In this document: positions 29,201 through 41,956 of the stretch, in pieces
Position numbering within the stretch: position 1 is the stretch's first letter
How the letters are laid out: the number at the start of each line of letters is the position of its first letter
Assembly: GCA_964016885.1 (NCBI GenBank)
Contig: OZ024740.1
Location: 24,924,001 to 24,988,000 of the forward strand
Reading direction: 5' to 3'
DNA: 64,000 nt
Source: Eledone cirrhosa
Lineage: Eukaryota
Notes under the pieces: generated by a model
What the model was told of the DNA's origin: nothing
The model's database searches: none
Seen by the model: the letters and a program-made list of their open reading frames with translations, nothing else
Made by a program: the position numbers and the translations under genes

Positions 29201-32200
29201 ACAGGAAGTTCTAGTGACATTGTGACATGGTCAGATATTGGAGTTACAGGAAGTTCTAGTGACATTGTGACATGGTCAGATATTGGAGTTACAGGAAGTT
29301 GTTGTGACATTGTGACACGTTCAGATATTAGAGTTACAGGAAGTTCTAGTGACATTGTGACATGGTCAGATATTGGAGTTACAGGAAGTTGTAGTGACAT
29401 TGTGACATGGTCAGCTATTGGAGTTACAGGAAGTTCTATTGACATTGTGACATGGTCAGCTATAGGAGTTACAGGAAGTTCTGGTGACATTGTGACATGG
29501 TCACCTATTGGAGTTACAGGAAGTTGTAGTGACAATGTGACATGTTCAGCTATTGGAGTTACAGGAAGTTCTAGTGACAATGTGACATGGTCAGCTATTG
29601 GAGTTACAGGAAGTTCTAGTGACATTGTGACATGGTCAGATATTGGAGTTACAGGAAGTTGTAGTGACATTGTGACATGGTCAGCTATTGGAGTTACAGG
29701 AGGTTCTAGTGACATTGTGACATGGTCATATATTGGAGTTACAGGAAGTTGTAGTGACATTGTGACATGTTCAGATATTGGAGTTACAGGAAGTTCTAGT
29801 GACAATGTGACATGGTCAGCTATTGGAGTTACAGGACGTTCTAGTGACATTGTGAAATGGTCAGATAGTGGAGTCACAGGAAGTTGTAGTGACATTGTGA
29901 CATTGTCAGATATTGGAGTTACAGGAAGTTGTAGTGACATTGTGACATGTTAAGCTATTGGAGTTACAGGAAGTTCTAGTGACATTCTGACATAGTCAGA
30001 TATTGGAGTTACAGGAAGTTTTAGTGACAATGTGACATGGTCAGCTATTGGAGTTACAGGAAGTTCTGGTGACAATGCGACATGGTCAGATATTGGAGTT
30101 ACAGGAAGTTCTAGTGACATTGTGACATGGTCAGCTATTAGAGTTACAGGAAGTTGTAGTGACATTGTGACATGGTCAGCTATTGGAGTTACAGTAAATT
30201 GTAGTGACATGGTGACATGGTCAGCTATTGGAGTTACAGGAAGTTCTAGTGACAATGTGACATGGTCAGATATTGGAGTTACAGGAAGTTCTAGTGACAT
30301 TGTGACATGGTCAGATATTGGAGTTACATGAAGTTGTAGTGACATCGTGACATGGTCAGATATTGGAGTTACAGGAAGTTTTAGTGAAGATGTGACATGG
30401 TCTGCTATTGGAGTTACAGGAAGTTCTAGTGACAATGTGACATGGTCAGCTATTGGAGTTACAGGAAGTTGTAGAGACATTGTGTGACATGGTCAGCTAT
30501 TGGAGTTACAGGAAGTTGTAGTGACATTGTCACATGGTCAGCTATTGTAGTTAGAGTAAGTTCTATTGACATTGTGACATGTTCAGATATTGGAGCTACA
30601 GGAAGTTCTAGTGACATTGTGACATGGTCAGATATTGGAGTTACAGGAAGTTGTTGTGACATTGTGACACGTTCAGATATTAGAGTTACAGGAAGTTCTA
30701 GTGACATTGTGACATGGTCAGATATTGGAGTTACAGGAAGTTGTAGTGACATTGTGACATGGTCAGCTATTGGAGTTTCAGGAAGTTCTATTGACATTGT
30801 GACATGGTCAGCTATAGGAGTTACAGGAAGTTCTGGTGACATTGTGACATGGTCACCTATTGGAGTTACAGGAAGTTGTAGTGACAATGTGACATGTTCA
30901 GCTATTGGAGTTACAGGAAGTTCTAGTGACAATGTGACATGGTCAGCTATTGGAGTTACAGGAAGTTCTAGTGACATTGTGACATGGTCAGATATTGGAG
31001 TTACAGGAAGTTGTAGTGACATTGTGACATGGTCAGCTATTGGAGTTACAGGAGGTTCTAGTGACATTGTGACATGGTCATATATTGGAGTTACAGGAAG
31101 TTGTAGTGACATTGTGACATGTTCAGATATTGGAGTTACAGGAAGTTCTAGTGACAATGTGACATGGTCAGCTATTGGAGTTACAGGAAGTTCTAGTGAC
31201 ATTGTGAAATGGTCAGATAGTGGAGTCACAGGAAGTTGTAGTGACATTGTGACATTGTCAGATATTGGAGTTACAGGAAGTTGTAGTGACATTGTGACAT
31301 GTTAAGCTATTGGAGTTACAGGAAGTTCTAGTGACATTCTGACATGGTCAGATATTGGAGTTACAGGAAGTTTTAGTGACAATGTGACATGGTCAGCTAT
31401 TGGAGTTACAGGAAGTTCTGGTGACAATGCGACATGGTCAGCTATTGGAGTTACAGGAAGTTGTAGAGATATTGTGTGACATGGTCAGCTATTGGAGTTA
31501 CAGGAAGTTGTAGTGACATTGTCACATGGTCAGCTATTGTAGTTAGAGTAAGTTCTATTGACATTGTGACATGTTCAGATATTGGAGCTACAGGAAGTTC
31601 TAGTGACATTGTGACATGGTCAGATATTGGAGTTACAGGAAGTTCTATTGACATTGTGACATGATCAGATATTGGAGTTACAGGAAGTTGTTGTGACATT
31701 GTGACACGTTCAGATATTGGAGTTACAGGAAGTTCTAGTGACATTGTGACATGGTCAGATATTGGAGTTACAGGAAGTTGTAGTGACATTGTGACATGGT
31801 CAGCTATTGGAGTTACAGGAAGTTCTAGTGACATTGTGACATGATCAGATATTGGAGTTACAGGAAGTTGTTGTGACATTGTGACACGTTCAGATATTGG
31901 AGTTACAGGAAGTTCTAGTGACATTGTGACATGGTCAGGTATTGGAGTTACAGGAAGTTGTAGTGACATTGTGACATGGTCAGCTATTGGAGTTACAGGA
32001 AGTTCTAGTGACAATGTGACATGGTCAGATATTGGAGTTACAGGAAGTTCTTGTGACATTGTGACATGGTCAGATATTGGAGTTACATGAAGTTGTAGTG
32101 ACATCGTGACATGGTCAGATATTGGAGTTACAGGAAGTTTTAGTGAAGATGTGACATAGTCAGCTATTGGAGTTACAGGAAGTTCTAGTGACAATGTGAC

Positions 32201-35200
32201 ATGGTCAGATATTGGAGTTATAGGAATTTCTAGTGACATTGTGACATGGTCAGCTATTGGAGTTGCAGGAAGTTCTATTGACATTGTGACATGGTCAGCT
32301 ATTGGAGTTACAGGAAGTTATGGTGACATTGTGACATGGTCAGCTATTGGAGTTATGGGAAGTTTTAGTGACAATGTGACATGGTCAGCTATTGGAGTTA
32401 CAGGAAGTTCTAGTGACATTGTGAAATGGTCAGATATTGGAGTCACAGGAAGTTGTAGTGATATTGTGACATTGTCAGATATTGTAGTTACAGGAAGTTG
32501 TAGTGACATTGTGACATGTTAAGCTATTGGAGTTACAGGAAGTTCTAGTGACATTGTGACATGGTCAGATTTTGGAGTTACAGGAAGTTCTAGTGACAAT
32601 GTGACATGGTCAGCTATTGGAGTTACAGTAAATTGTAGTGACATAGTGACATGGTCAGCTATTGGAGTTACAGGAAGTTCTAGTGACAATGTGACATGTT
32701 CAGATATTGGAGTTACAGGAAGATCTATTGACATTGTGACATTGTCAGATATTGGAGCTACAGGAAGTTCTAGTGACAATGTGACATGGTCAGCTATTGG
32801 AGTTACAGGAAGGTCTAGTGACATTGTGACATGGTCAGATATTGGAGTTACATGAAGTTGTAGTGGCATCGTGACATGGTCAGATATTGGAGTTACAGGA
32901 AGTTTTAGTGACGATGTGACATGGTCAGCTATTGGAGTTACAGGAAGTTCTAGTGACAATGTGACATGGTCAGCTATTGGAGTTACAGGAAGTTGTAGAG
33001 ACATTGTGTGACATGGTCAGCTATTGGAGTTACAGGAAGTTGTAGTGACATTGTCACATGGTCAGCTATTGGAGTTACAGGAAGTTCTAGTGACAATGTG
33101 ACATGGTCAGCTATTGGAGTTACAGGAAGTTCTGGTGACAATGTGACATGGTCAGATATTGGAGTTACAGGAAGTTCTAGTGACATTGTGACATGGTCAG
33201 CTATTGGATTTACAGGAAGTTGTAGTGACATTGTGACATGGTCAGCTATTGGAGTTACAGGAAGTTCTAGTGACATTGTGACATGGTCAGATATTGGAGT
33301 TACAGGAAGTTCTAGTGACAATGTGACATGGTCAGCTATTGGAGTTACAGTAAATTGTAGTGACATAGTGACATGGTCAGCTATTGGAGTTACAGGAAGT
33401 TCTAGTGACAATGTGACATGTTCAGATATTGGAGTTACAGGAAGATCTATTGACATTGTGACATTGTCAGATATTGGAGCTACAGGAAGTTCTAGTGACA
33501 ATGTGACATGGTCAGCTATTGGAGTTACAGGAAGGTCTAGTGACATTGTGACATGGTCAGATATTGGAGTTACATGAAGTTGTAGTGACATCGTGACATG
33601 GTCAGATATTGGAGTTACAGGAAGTTTTAGTGACGATATGACATGGTCAGCTATTGGAGTTACAGGAAGTTCTAGTGACAATGTGACATGGTCAGCTATT
33701 GGAGTTACAGGAAGTTGTAGAGACATTGTGTGACATGGTCAGCTATTGGAGTTACAGGAAGTTGTAGTGACATTGTCACATGGTCAGCTATTGTAGTTAC
33801 ATTAAGTTCTATTGACATTGTGACATGTTCAGATATTGGAGCTACAGGAAGTTCTAGTGACATTGTGACATGGTCAGATATTGGAGTTACAGGAAGTTCT
33901 AGTGACATTGTGACATGGTCAGATATTGGAGTTACAGGAAGTTGTTGTGACATTGTGACACGTTCAGATATTAGAGTTACAGGAAGTTCTAGTGACATTG
34001 TGACATGGTCAGATATTGGAGTTACAGGAAGTTGTAGTGACATTGTGACATGGTCAGCTATTGGAGTTACAGGAAGTTCTATTGACATTGTGACATGGTC
34101 AGCTATAGGAGTTACAGGAAGTTCTGGTGACATTGTGACATGGTCACCTATTGGAGTTACAGGAAGTTGTAGTGACAATGTGACATGTTCAGCTATTGGA
34201 GTTACAGGAAGTTCTAGTGACAATGTGACATGGTCAGCTATTGGAGTTACAGGAAGTTCTAGTGACATTGTGACATGGTCAGATATTGGAGTTACAGGAA
34301 GTTGTAGTGACATTGTGACATGGTCAGCTATTGGAGTTACAGGAGGTTCTAGTGACATTGTGACATGGTCATATATTGGAGTTACAGGAAGTTGTAGTGA
34401 CATTGTGACATGTTCAGATATTGGAGTTACAGGAAGTTCTAGTGACAATGTGACATGGTCAGCTATTGGAGTTACAGGACGTTCTAGTGACATTGTGAAA
34501 TGGTCAGATAGTGGAGTCACAGGAAGTTGTAGTGACATTGTGACATTGTCAGATATTGGAGTTACAGGAAGTTGTAGTGACATTGTGACATGTTAAGCTA
34601 TTGGAGTTACAGGAAGTTCTAGTGACATTCTGACATAGTCAGATATTGGAGTTACAGGAAATTTTAGTAACAATGTGACATGGTCAGCTATTGGAGTTAC
34701 AGGAAGTTCTGGTGACAATGCGACATGGTCAGATATTGGAGTTACAGGAAGTTCTAGTGACATTGTGACATGGTCAGCTATTAGAGTTACAGGAAGTTGT
34801 AGTGACATTGTGACATGGTCAGCTATTGGAGTTACAGTAAATTGTAGTGACATGGTGACATGGTCAGCTATTGGAGTTACAGGAAGTTCTAGTGACAATG
34901 TGACATGGTCAGATATTGGAGTTACAGGAAGTTCTAGTGACATTGTGACATGGTCAGATATTGGAGTTACATGAAGTTGTAGTGACATCGTGACATGGTC
35001 AGATATTGGAGTTACAGGAAGTTTTAGTGAAGATGTGACATGGTCTGCTATTGGAGTTACAGGAAGTTCTAGTGACAATGTGACATGGTCAGCTATTGGA
35101 GTTACAGGAAGTTGTAGAGACATTGTGTGACATGGTCAGCTATTGGAGTTACAGGAAGTTGTAGTGACATTGTCACATGGTCAGCTATTGTAGTTAGAGT

Positions 35201-37862
35201 AAGTTCTATTGACATTGTGACATGGTCAGATATTGGAGTTACAGGAAGTTGTAGTGACATTGTGACATGGTCAGCTATTGGAGTTACAGGAAGTTCTAGT
35301 GACATTGTGACATGATCAGATATTGGAGTTACAGGAAGTTGTTGTGACATTGTGACACGTTCAGATATTGGAGTTACAGGAAGTTCTAGTGACATTGTGA
35401 CATGGTCAGATATTGGAGTTACAGGAAGTTGTAGTGACATTGTGACATGGTCAGCTATTGGAGTTACAGGAAGTTCTAGTGACAATGTGACATGGTCAGA
35501 TATTGGAGTTACAGGAAGTTCTAGTGACATTGTGACATGGTCAGATATTGGAGTTACATGAAGTTGTAGTGACATCGTGACATGGTCAGATATTGGAGTT
35601 ACAGGAAGTTTTAGTGAAGATGTGACATGGTCAGCTATTGGAGTTACAGGAAGTTCTAGTGACAATGTGACATGGTCAGCTATTGGAGTTACAGGAAGTT
35701 GTAGAGACATTGTGTGACATGGTCAGCTATTGGAGTTACAGGAAGTTGTAGTGACATTGTCACATGGTCAGCTATTGTAGTTACAGTAAGTTCTATTGAC
35801 ATTGTTACATGTTCAGATATTGGAGCTACAGGAAGTTCTAGTGACATTGTGACATGGTCAGATATTGGAGTTACAAGAAGTTCTAGTGACATTGTGACAT
35901 GATTAGATATTGGAGTTACAGGAAGTTGTTGTGACATTGTAACACGTTCAGATATTGGAGTTACAGGAAGTTCTAGTGACATTGTGACATGGTCAGATAT
36001 TGGAGTTACAGGAAGTTGTAGTGACATTGTGACATGGTCAGCTATTGGAGTTACAGGAAGTTCTAGTGACAATGTGACATGGTCAGATATTGGAGTTACA
36101 GGAATTTCTAGTGACATTGTGACATGGTCAGCTATTGGAGATGCAGGAAGTTCTATTGACATTGTGTCATGGTCAGCTATTGGAGTTACAGGAAGTTATG
36201 GTGACATTGTGACATGGTCAGCTATTGGAGTTATGGGAAGTTTTAGTGACAATGTGACATGGTCAGCTATTGGAGTTACAGGAAGTTCTAGTGACATTGT
36301 GAAATGGTCAGATATTGGAGTCACAGGAAGTTGTAGTGATATTGTGACATTGTCAGATATTGTAGTTACAGGAAGTTGTAGTGACATTGTGACATGTTAA
36401 GCTATTGGAGTTACAGGAAGTTCTAGTGACATTGTGACATGGTCAGATATTGGAGTTACAGGAAGTTCTAGTGACAATGTGACATGGTCAGCTATTGGAG
36501 TTACAGTAAATTGTAGTGACATAGTGACATGGTCAGCTATTGGAGTTACAGGAAGTTCTAGTGACAATGTGACATGTTCAGATATTGGAGTTACAGGAAG
36601 ATCTATTGACATTGTGACATTGTCAGATATTGGAGCTACAGGAAGTTCTAGTGACAATGTGACATGGTCAGCTATTGGAGTTACAGGAAGGTCTAGTGAC
36701 ATTGTGACATGGTCAGATATTGGAGTTACATGAAGTTGTAGTGACATCGTGACATGGTCAGATATTGGAGTTACAGGAAGTTTTATTGACGATGTGACAT
36801 GGTCAGCTATTGGAGTTACAGGAAGTTCTAGTGACAATGTGACATGGTCAGCTATTGGAGTTACAGGAAGTTGTAGAGACATTGTGTGACATGGTCAGCT
36901 ATTAGAGTTACAGGAATTTGTAGTGACATTGTCACATGGTCAGCTATTGTAGTTACATTAAGTTCTATTGACATTGTGACATGTTCAGATATTGGAGCTA
37001 CAGGAAGTTCTAGTGACATTGTGACATGGTCAGATATTGGAGTTACAGGAAGTTCTAGTGACATTGTGACATGGTCAGATATTGGAGTTACAGGAAGTTG
37101 TTGTGACATTGTGACACGTTCAGATATTGGAGTTACAGGAAGTTCTAGTGACATTGTGACATGGTCAGATATTGGAGTTACATGAAGTTGTAGTGACATT
37201 GTGACATGGTCAGCTATTGGAGTTACAGGAAGTTCTAGTGACAATGTGACATGGTCAGATATTGGAGTTACAGGAATTTCTAGTGACATTGTGACATGGT
37301 CAGCTATTGGAGTTGCAGGAAGTTCTATTGACATTGTGACATGGTCAGCTATTGGAGTTACAGGAAGTTATGGTGACATTGTGACATGGTCAGCTATTGG
37401 AGTTATGGGAAGTTATAGTGACAATGTGACATGGTTAGCTATTGGAGTTACAGGAAGTTCTAGTGACATTGTGAAATGGTCAGATATTGGAGTCACAGGA
37501 AGCTGTAGTGATATTGTGACATTGTCAGATATTGTAGTTACAGGAAGTTGTAGTGACATTGTGACATGTTAAGCTATTGGAGTTACAGGAAGTTCTAGTG
37601 ACATTGTGACATGGTCAGATATTGGAGTTACAGGAAGTTCTAGTGACAATGTGACATGGTCAGCTATTGGAGTTACAGTAAATTGTAGTGACATAGTGAC
37701 ATGGTCAGCTATTGGAGTTACAGGAAGTTCTAGTGACAATGTGACATGTTCAGATATTGGAGTTACAGGAAGATCTATTGACATTGTGACATTGTCAGAT
37801 ATTGGAGCTACAGGAAGTTCTAGTGACAATGTGACATGGTCAGCTATTGGAGTTACAGGAAG
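20227..37862. repeat. Tandem duplication with 8,791-bp period (195 monomers), two near-identical copies
   Basis: ORFs from 20271 to 28778 recur at exactly +8791. 8791 = 195x45 + 8x2, matching the eight 47-mers in the unit. Only about 7 substitutions were noticed between copies (e.g. near 22039, 22281, 22555, 23833, 27341, 27439, 36167). Confidence 0.95.
20271..26420. repeat. Nested duplication of a ~1.5-kb type-B HOR block, offset 4,643 bp (four copies in total after the 8,791-bp duplication)
   Basis: ORF offsets 20271->24914 and 21159->25802. Private variants GGACGTT (~21046, 25689, 29837, 34480), ATAGTCAGAT and GGTCTGCT occur in all four copies. Confidence 0.88.
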
Positions 37863-40800
37863 GTCTAGTGACATTGTGACATGGTCAGATATTGGAGTTA
37901 CATGAAGTTGTAGTGACATCGTGACATGGTCAGATATTGGAGTTACAGGAAGTTTTAGTGACGATGTGACATGGTCAGCTATTGGAGTTACAGGAAGTTC
38001 TATTGACAATGTGACATGGTCAGCTATTGGAGTTACAGGAAGTTGTAGAGACATTGTGTGACATGGTCAGCTATTGGAGTTACAGGAAGTTGTAGTGACA
38101 TTGTCACATGGTCAGCTATTGTAGTTACATTAAGTTCTATTGACATTGTGACATGTTCAGATATTGGAGCTACAGGAAGTTCTAGTGACATTGTGACATG
38201 GTCAGATATTGGAGTTACAGGAAGTTCTAGTGACATTGTGACATGGTCAGATATTGGAATTACAGGAAGTTGTTGTGACATTGTGACACGTTCAGATATT
38301 AGAGTTACAGGAAGTTCTAGTGACATTGTGACATGGTCAGATATTGGAGTTACAGGAAGATGTAGTGACATTGTGACATGGTCAGCTATAGGAGTTACAG
38401 GAAGTTCTGGTGACATTATGACATGGTCACCTATTGGAGTTACAGGAAGTTGTAGTGACAATGTGACATGTTCAGCTATTGGAGTTACAGGAAGTTCTAG
38501 TGACAATGTGACATGGTCAGCTACTGGAGTTACAGGAAGTTGTAGTGACATTGTGACATGTTCAGATATTGGAGTTACAGGAAGTTCTAGTGACAATGTG
38601 ACATGGTCAGCTATTGGAGTTACAGGAAGTTCTAGTGACATTGTGAAATGGTCAGATAGTGGAGTCACAGGAAGTTGTAGTGACATTGTGACATTGTCAG
38701 ATATTGGAGTTACAGGAAGTTGTAGTGACATTGTGACATGTTAAGCTATTGGAGTTACAGGAAGTTCTAGTGACATTCTGACATGGTCAGATATTGGAGT
38801 TACAGGAAGTTTTAGTGACAATGTGACATGGTCAGCTATTGGAGTTACAGGAAGTTCTGGTGACAATGCGACATGGTCAGATATTGGAGTTACAGGAAGG
38901 TCTAGTGACATTGTGACATGGTCAGCTATTAGAGTCACAGGAAGTTGTAGTGACATTGTGACATGGTCAGCTATTGGAGTTACAGTAAATTGTAGTGACA
39001 TGGTGACATGGTCAGCTATTGGAGTTACAGGAAGTTCTAGTGACAATGTGACATGGTCAGATATTGGAGTTACAGGAAATTCTAGTGACATTGTGACATG
39101 GTCAGATATTGGAGTTACATTAAGTTGTAGTGACATCGTGACATGGTCAGCTATTGGAGTTACAGGAAGTTCTAGTGACAATGTGACATGGTCAGCTATT
39201 GGAGTTACAGGAAGTTGTAGAGACATTGTGTGACATGGTCAGCTATTGGAGTTACAGGAAGTTGTAGTGACATTGTCACATGGTCAGCTATTGTAGTTAC
39301 AGTAAGTTCTATTGACATTGTTACATGTTCAGATATTGGAGCTACAGGAAGTTCTAGTGACATTGTGACATGGTCAGATATTGGAGTTACAAGAAGTTCT
39401 AGTGACATTGTGACATGATTAGATATTGGAGTTACAGGAAGTTGTTGTGACATTGTAACACGTTCAGATATTGGAGTTACAGGAAGTTCTAGTGACATTG
39501 TGACATGGTCAGATATTGGAGTTACAGGAAGTTGTAGTGACATTGTGACATGGTCAGCTATTGGAGTTACAGGAAGTTCTAGTGACAATGTGACATGGTC
39601 AGATATTGGAGTTACAGGAATTTCTAGTGACATTGTGACATGGTCAGCTATTGGAGATGCAGGAAGTTCTATTGACATTGTGACATGGTCAGCTATTGGA
39701 GTTACAGGAAGTTATGGTGACATTGTGACATGGTCAGCTATTGGAGTTATGGGAAGTTTTAGTGACAATGTGACATGGTCAGCTATTGGAGTTACAGGAA
39801 GTTCTAGTGACATTGTGAAATGGTCAGATATTGGAGTCACAGGAAGTTGTAGTGATATTGTGACATTGTCAGATATTGTAGTTACAGGAAGTTGTAGTGA
39901 CATTGTGACATGTTAAGCTATTGGAGTTACAGGAAGTTCTAGTGACATTGTGACATGGTCAGATATTGGAGTTACAGGAAGTTCTAGTGACAATGTGACA
40001 TGGTCAGCTATTGGAGTTACAGTAAATTGTAGTGACATAGTGACATGGTCAGCTATTGGAGTTACAGGAAGTTCTAGTGACAATGTGACATGTTCAGATA
40101 TTGGAGTTACAGGAAGATCTATTGACATTGTGACATTGTCAGATATTGGAGCTACAGGAAGTTCTAGTGACAATGTGACATGGTCAGCTATTGGAGTTAC
40201 AGGAAGGTCTAGTGACATTGTGACATGGTCAGATATTGGAGTTACATGAAGTTGTAGTGACATCGTGACATGGTCAGATATTGGAGTTACAGGAAGTTTT
40301 ATTGACGATGTGACATGGTCAGCTATTGGAGTTACAGGAAGTTCTAGTGACAATGTGACATGGTCAGCTATTGGAGTTACAGGAAGTTGTAGAGACATTG
40401 TGTGACATGGTCAGCTATTAGAGTTACAGGAATTTGTAGTGACATTGTCACATGGTCAGCTATTGTAGTTACATTAAGTTCTATTGACATTGTGACATGT
40501 TCAGATATTGGAGCTACAGGAAGTTCTAGTGACATTGTGACATGGTCAGATATTGGAGTTACAGGAAGTTCTAGTGACATTGTGACATGGTCAGATATTG
40601 GAGTTACAGGAAGTTGTTGTGACATTGTGACACGTTCAGATATTGGAGTTACAGGAAGTTCTAGTGACATTGTGACATGGTCAGATATTGGAGTTACATG
40701 AAGTTGTAGTGACATTGTGACATGGTCAGCTATTGGAGTTACAGGAAGTTCTAGTGACAATGTGACATGGTCAGATATTGGAGTTACAGGAATTTCTAGT

Positions 40801-41956
40801 GACATTGTGACATGGTCAGCTATTGGAGTTGCAGGAAGTTCTATTGAAATTGTGACATGGTCAGCTATTGGAGTTACAGGAAGTTATGGTGACATTGTGA
40901 CATGGTCAGCTATTGGAGTTATGGGAAGTTATAGTGACAATGTGACATGGTTAGCTATTGGAGTTACAGGAAGTTCTAGTGACATTGTGAAATGGTCAGA
41001 TATTGGAGTCACAGGAAGCTGTAGTGATATTGTGACATTGTCAGATATTGTAGTTACAGGAAGTTGTAGTGACATTGTGACATGTTAAGCTATTGGAGTT
41101 ACAGGAAGTTCTAGTGACATTGTGACATGGTCAGATATTGGAGTTACAGGAAGTTCTAGTGACAATGTGACATGGTCAGCTATTGGAGTTACAGTAAATT
41201 GTAGTGACATAGTGACATGGTCAGCTATTGGAGTTACAGGAAGTTCTAGTGACAATGTGACATGTTCAGATATTGGAGTTACAGGAAGATCTATTGACAT
41301 TGTGACATTGTCAGATATTGGAGCTACAGGAAGTTCTAGTGACAATGTGACATGGTCAGCTATTGGAGTTACAGGAAGGTCTAGTGACATTGTGACATGG
41401 TCAGATATTGGAGTTACATGAAGTTGTAGTGACATCGTGACATGGTCAGATATTGGAGTTACAGGAAGTTTTAGTGACAATGTGACATGGTAAGCTATTG
41501 GAGTTACAGGAAGTTCTATTGACAATGTGACATGGTCAGCTATTGGAGTTACAGGAAGTTGTAGAGACATTGTGTGACATGGTCAGCTATTGGAGTTACA
41601 GGAAGTTGTAGTGACATTGTCACATGGTCAGCTATTGTAGTTACATTAAGTTCTATTGACATTGTGACATGTTCAGATATTGGAGCTACAGGAAGTTCTA
41701 GTGACATTGTGACATGGTCAGATATTGGAGTTACAGGAAGTTCTAGTGACATTGTGACATGGTCAGATATTGGAATTACAGGAAGTTGTTGTGACATTGT
41801 GACACGTTCAGATATTAGAGTTACAGGAAGTTCTAGTGACATTGTGACATGGTCAGATATTGGAGTTACAGGAAGATGTAGTGACATTGTGACATGGTCA
41901 GCTATAGGAGTTACAGGAAGTTCTGGTGACATTATGACATGGTCACCTATTGGAGT
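35622..41956. repeat. Tandem duplication with 3,516-bp period (3 x 1,172; 78 monomers), second copy truncated
   Basis: ORF offsets 35689->39205, 36397->39913, 36861->40377, 37569->41085 and 38033->41549. Shared variants ACAAGAAG, GTAACACG, GGAGATGC, GGTTAGCT, AAGCTGT and GGAATTAC. Confidence 0.92.
35703..41562. repeat. Five consecutive 1,172-bp (26-monomer) HOR units
   Basis: 47-bp marker monomers start at 35703, 36875, 38047, 39219, 40391 and 41563, each exactly 1,172 bp (26x45 + 2) apart. The same spacing occurs at 5185-6357, 13929-15101, 26912-28084 and 48636-49808. Confidence 0.93.
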
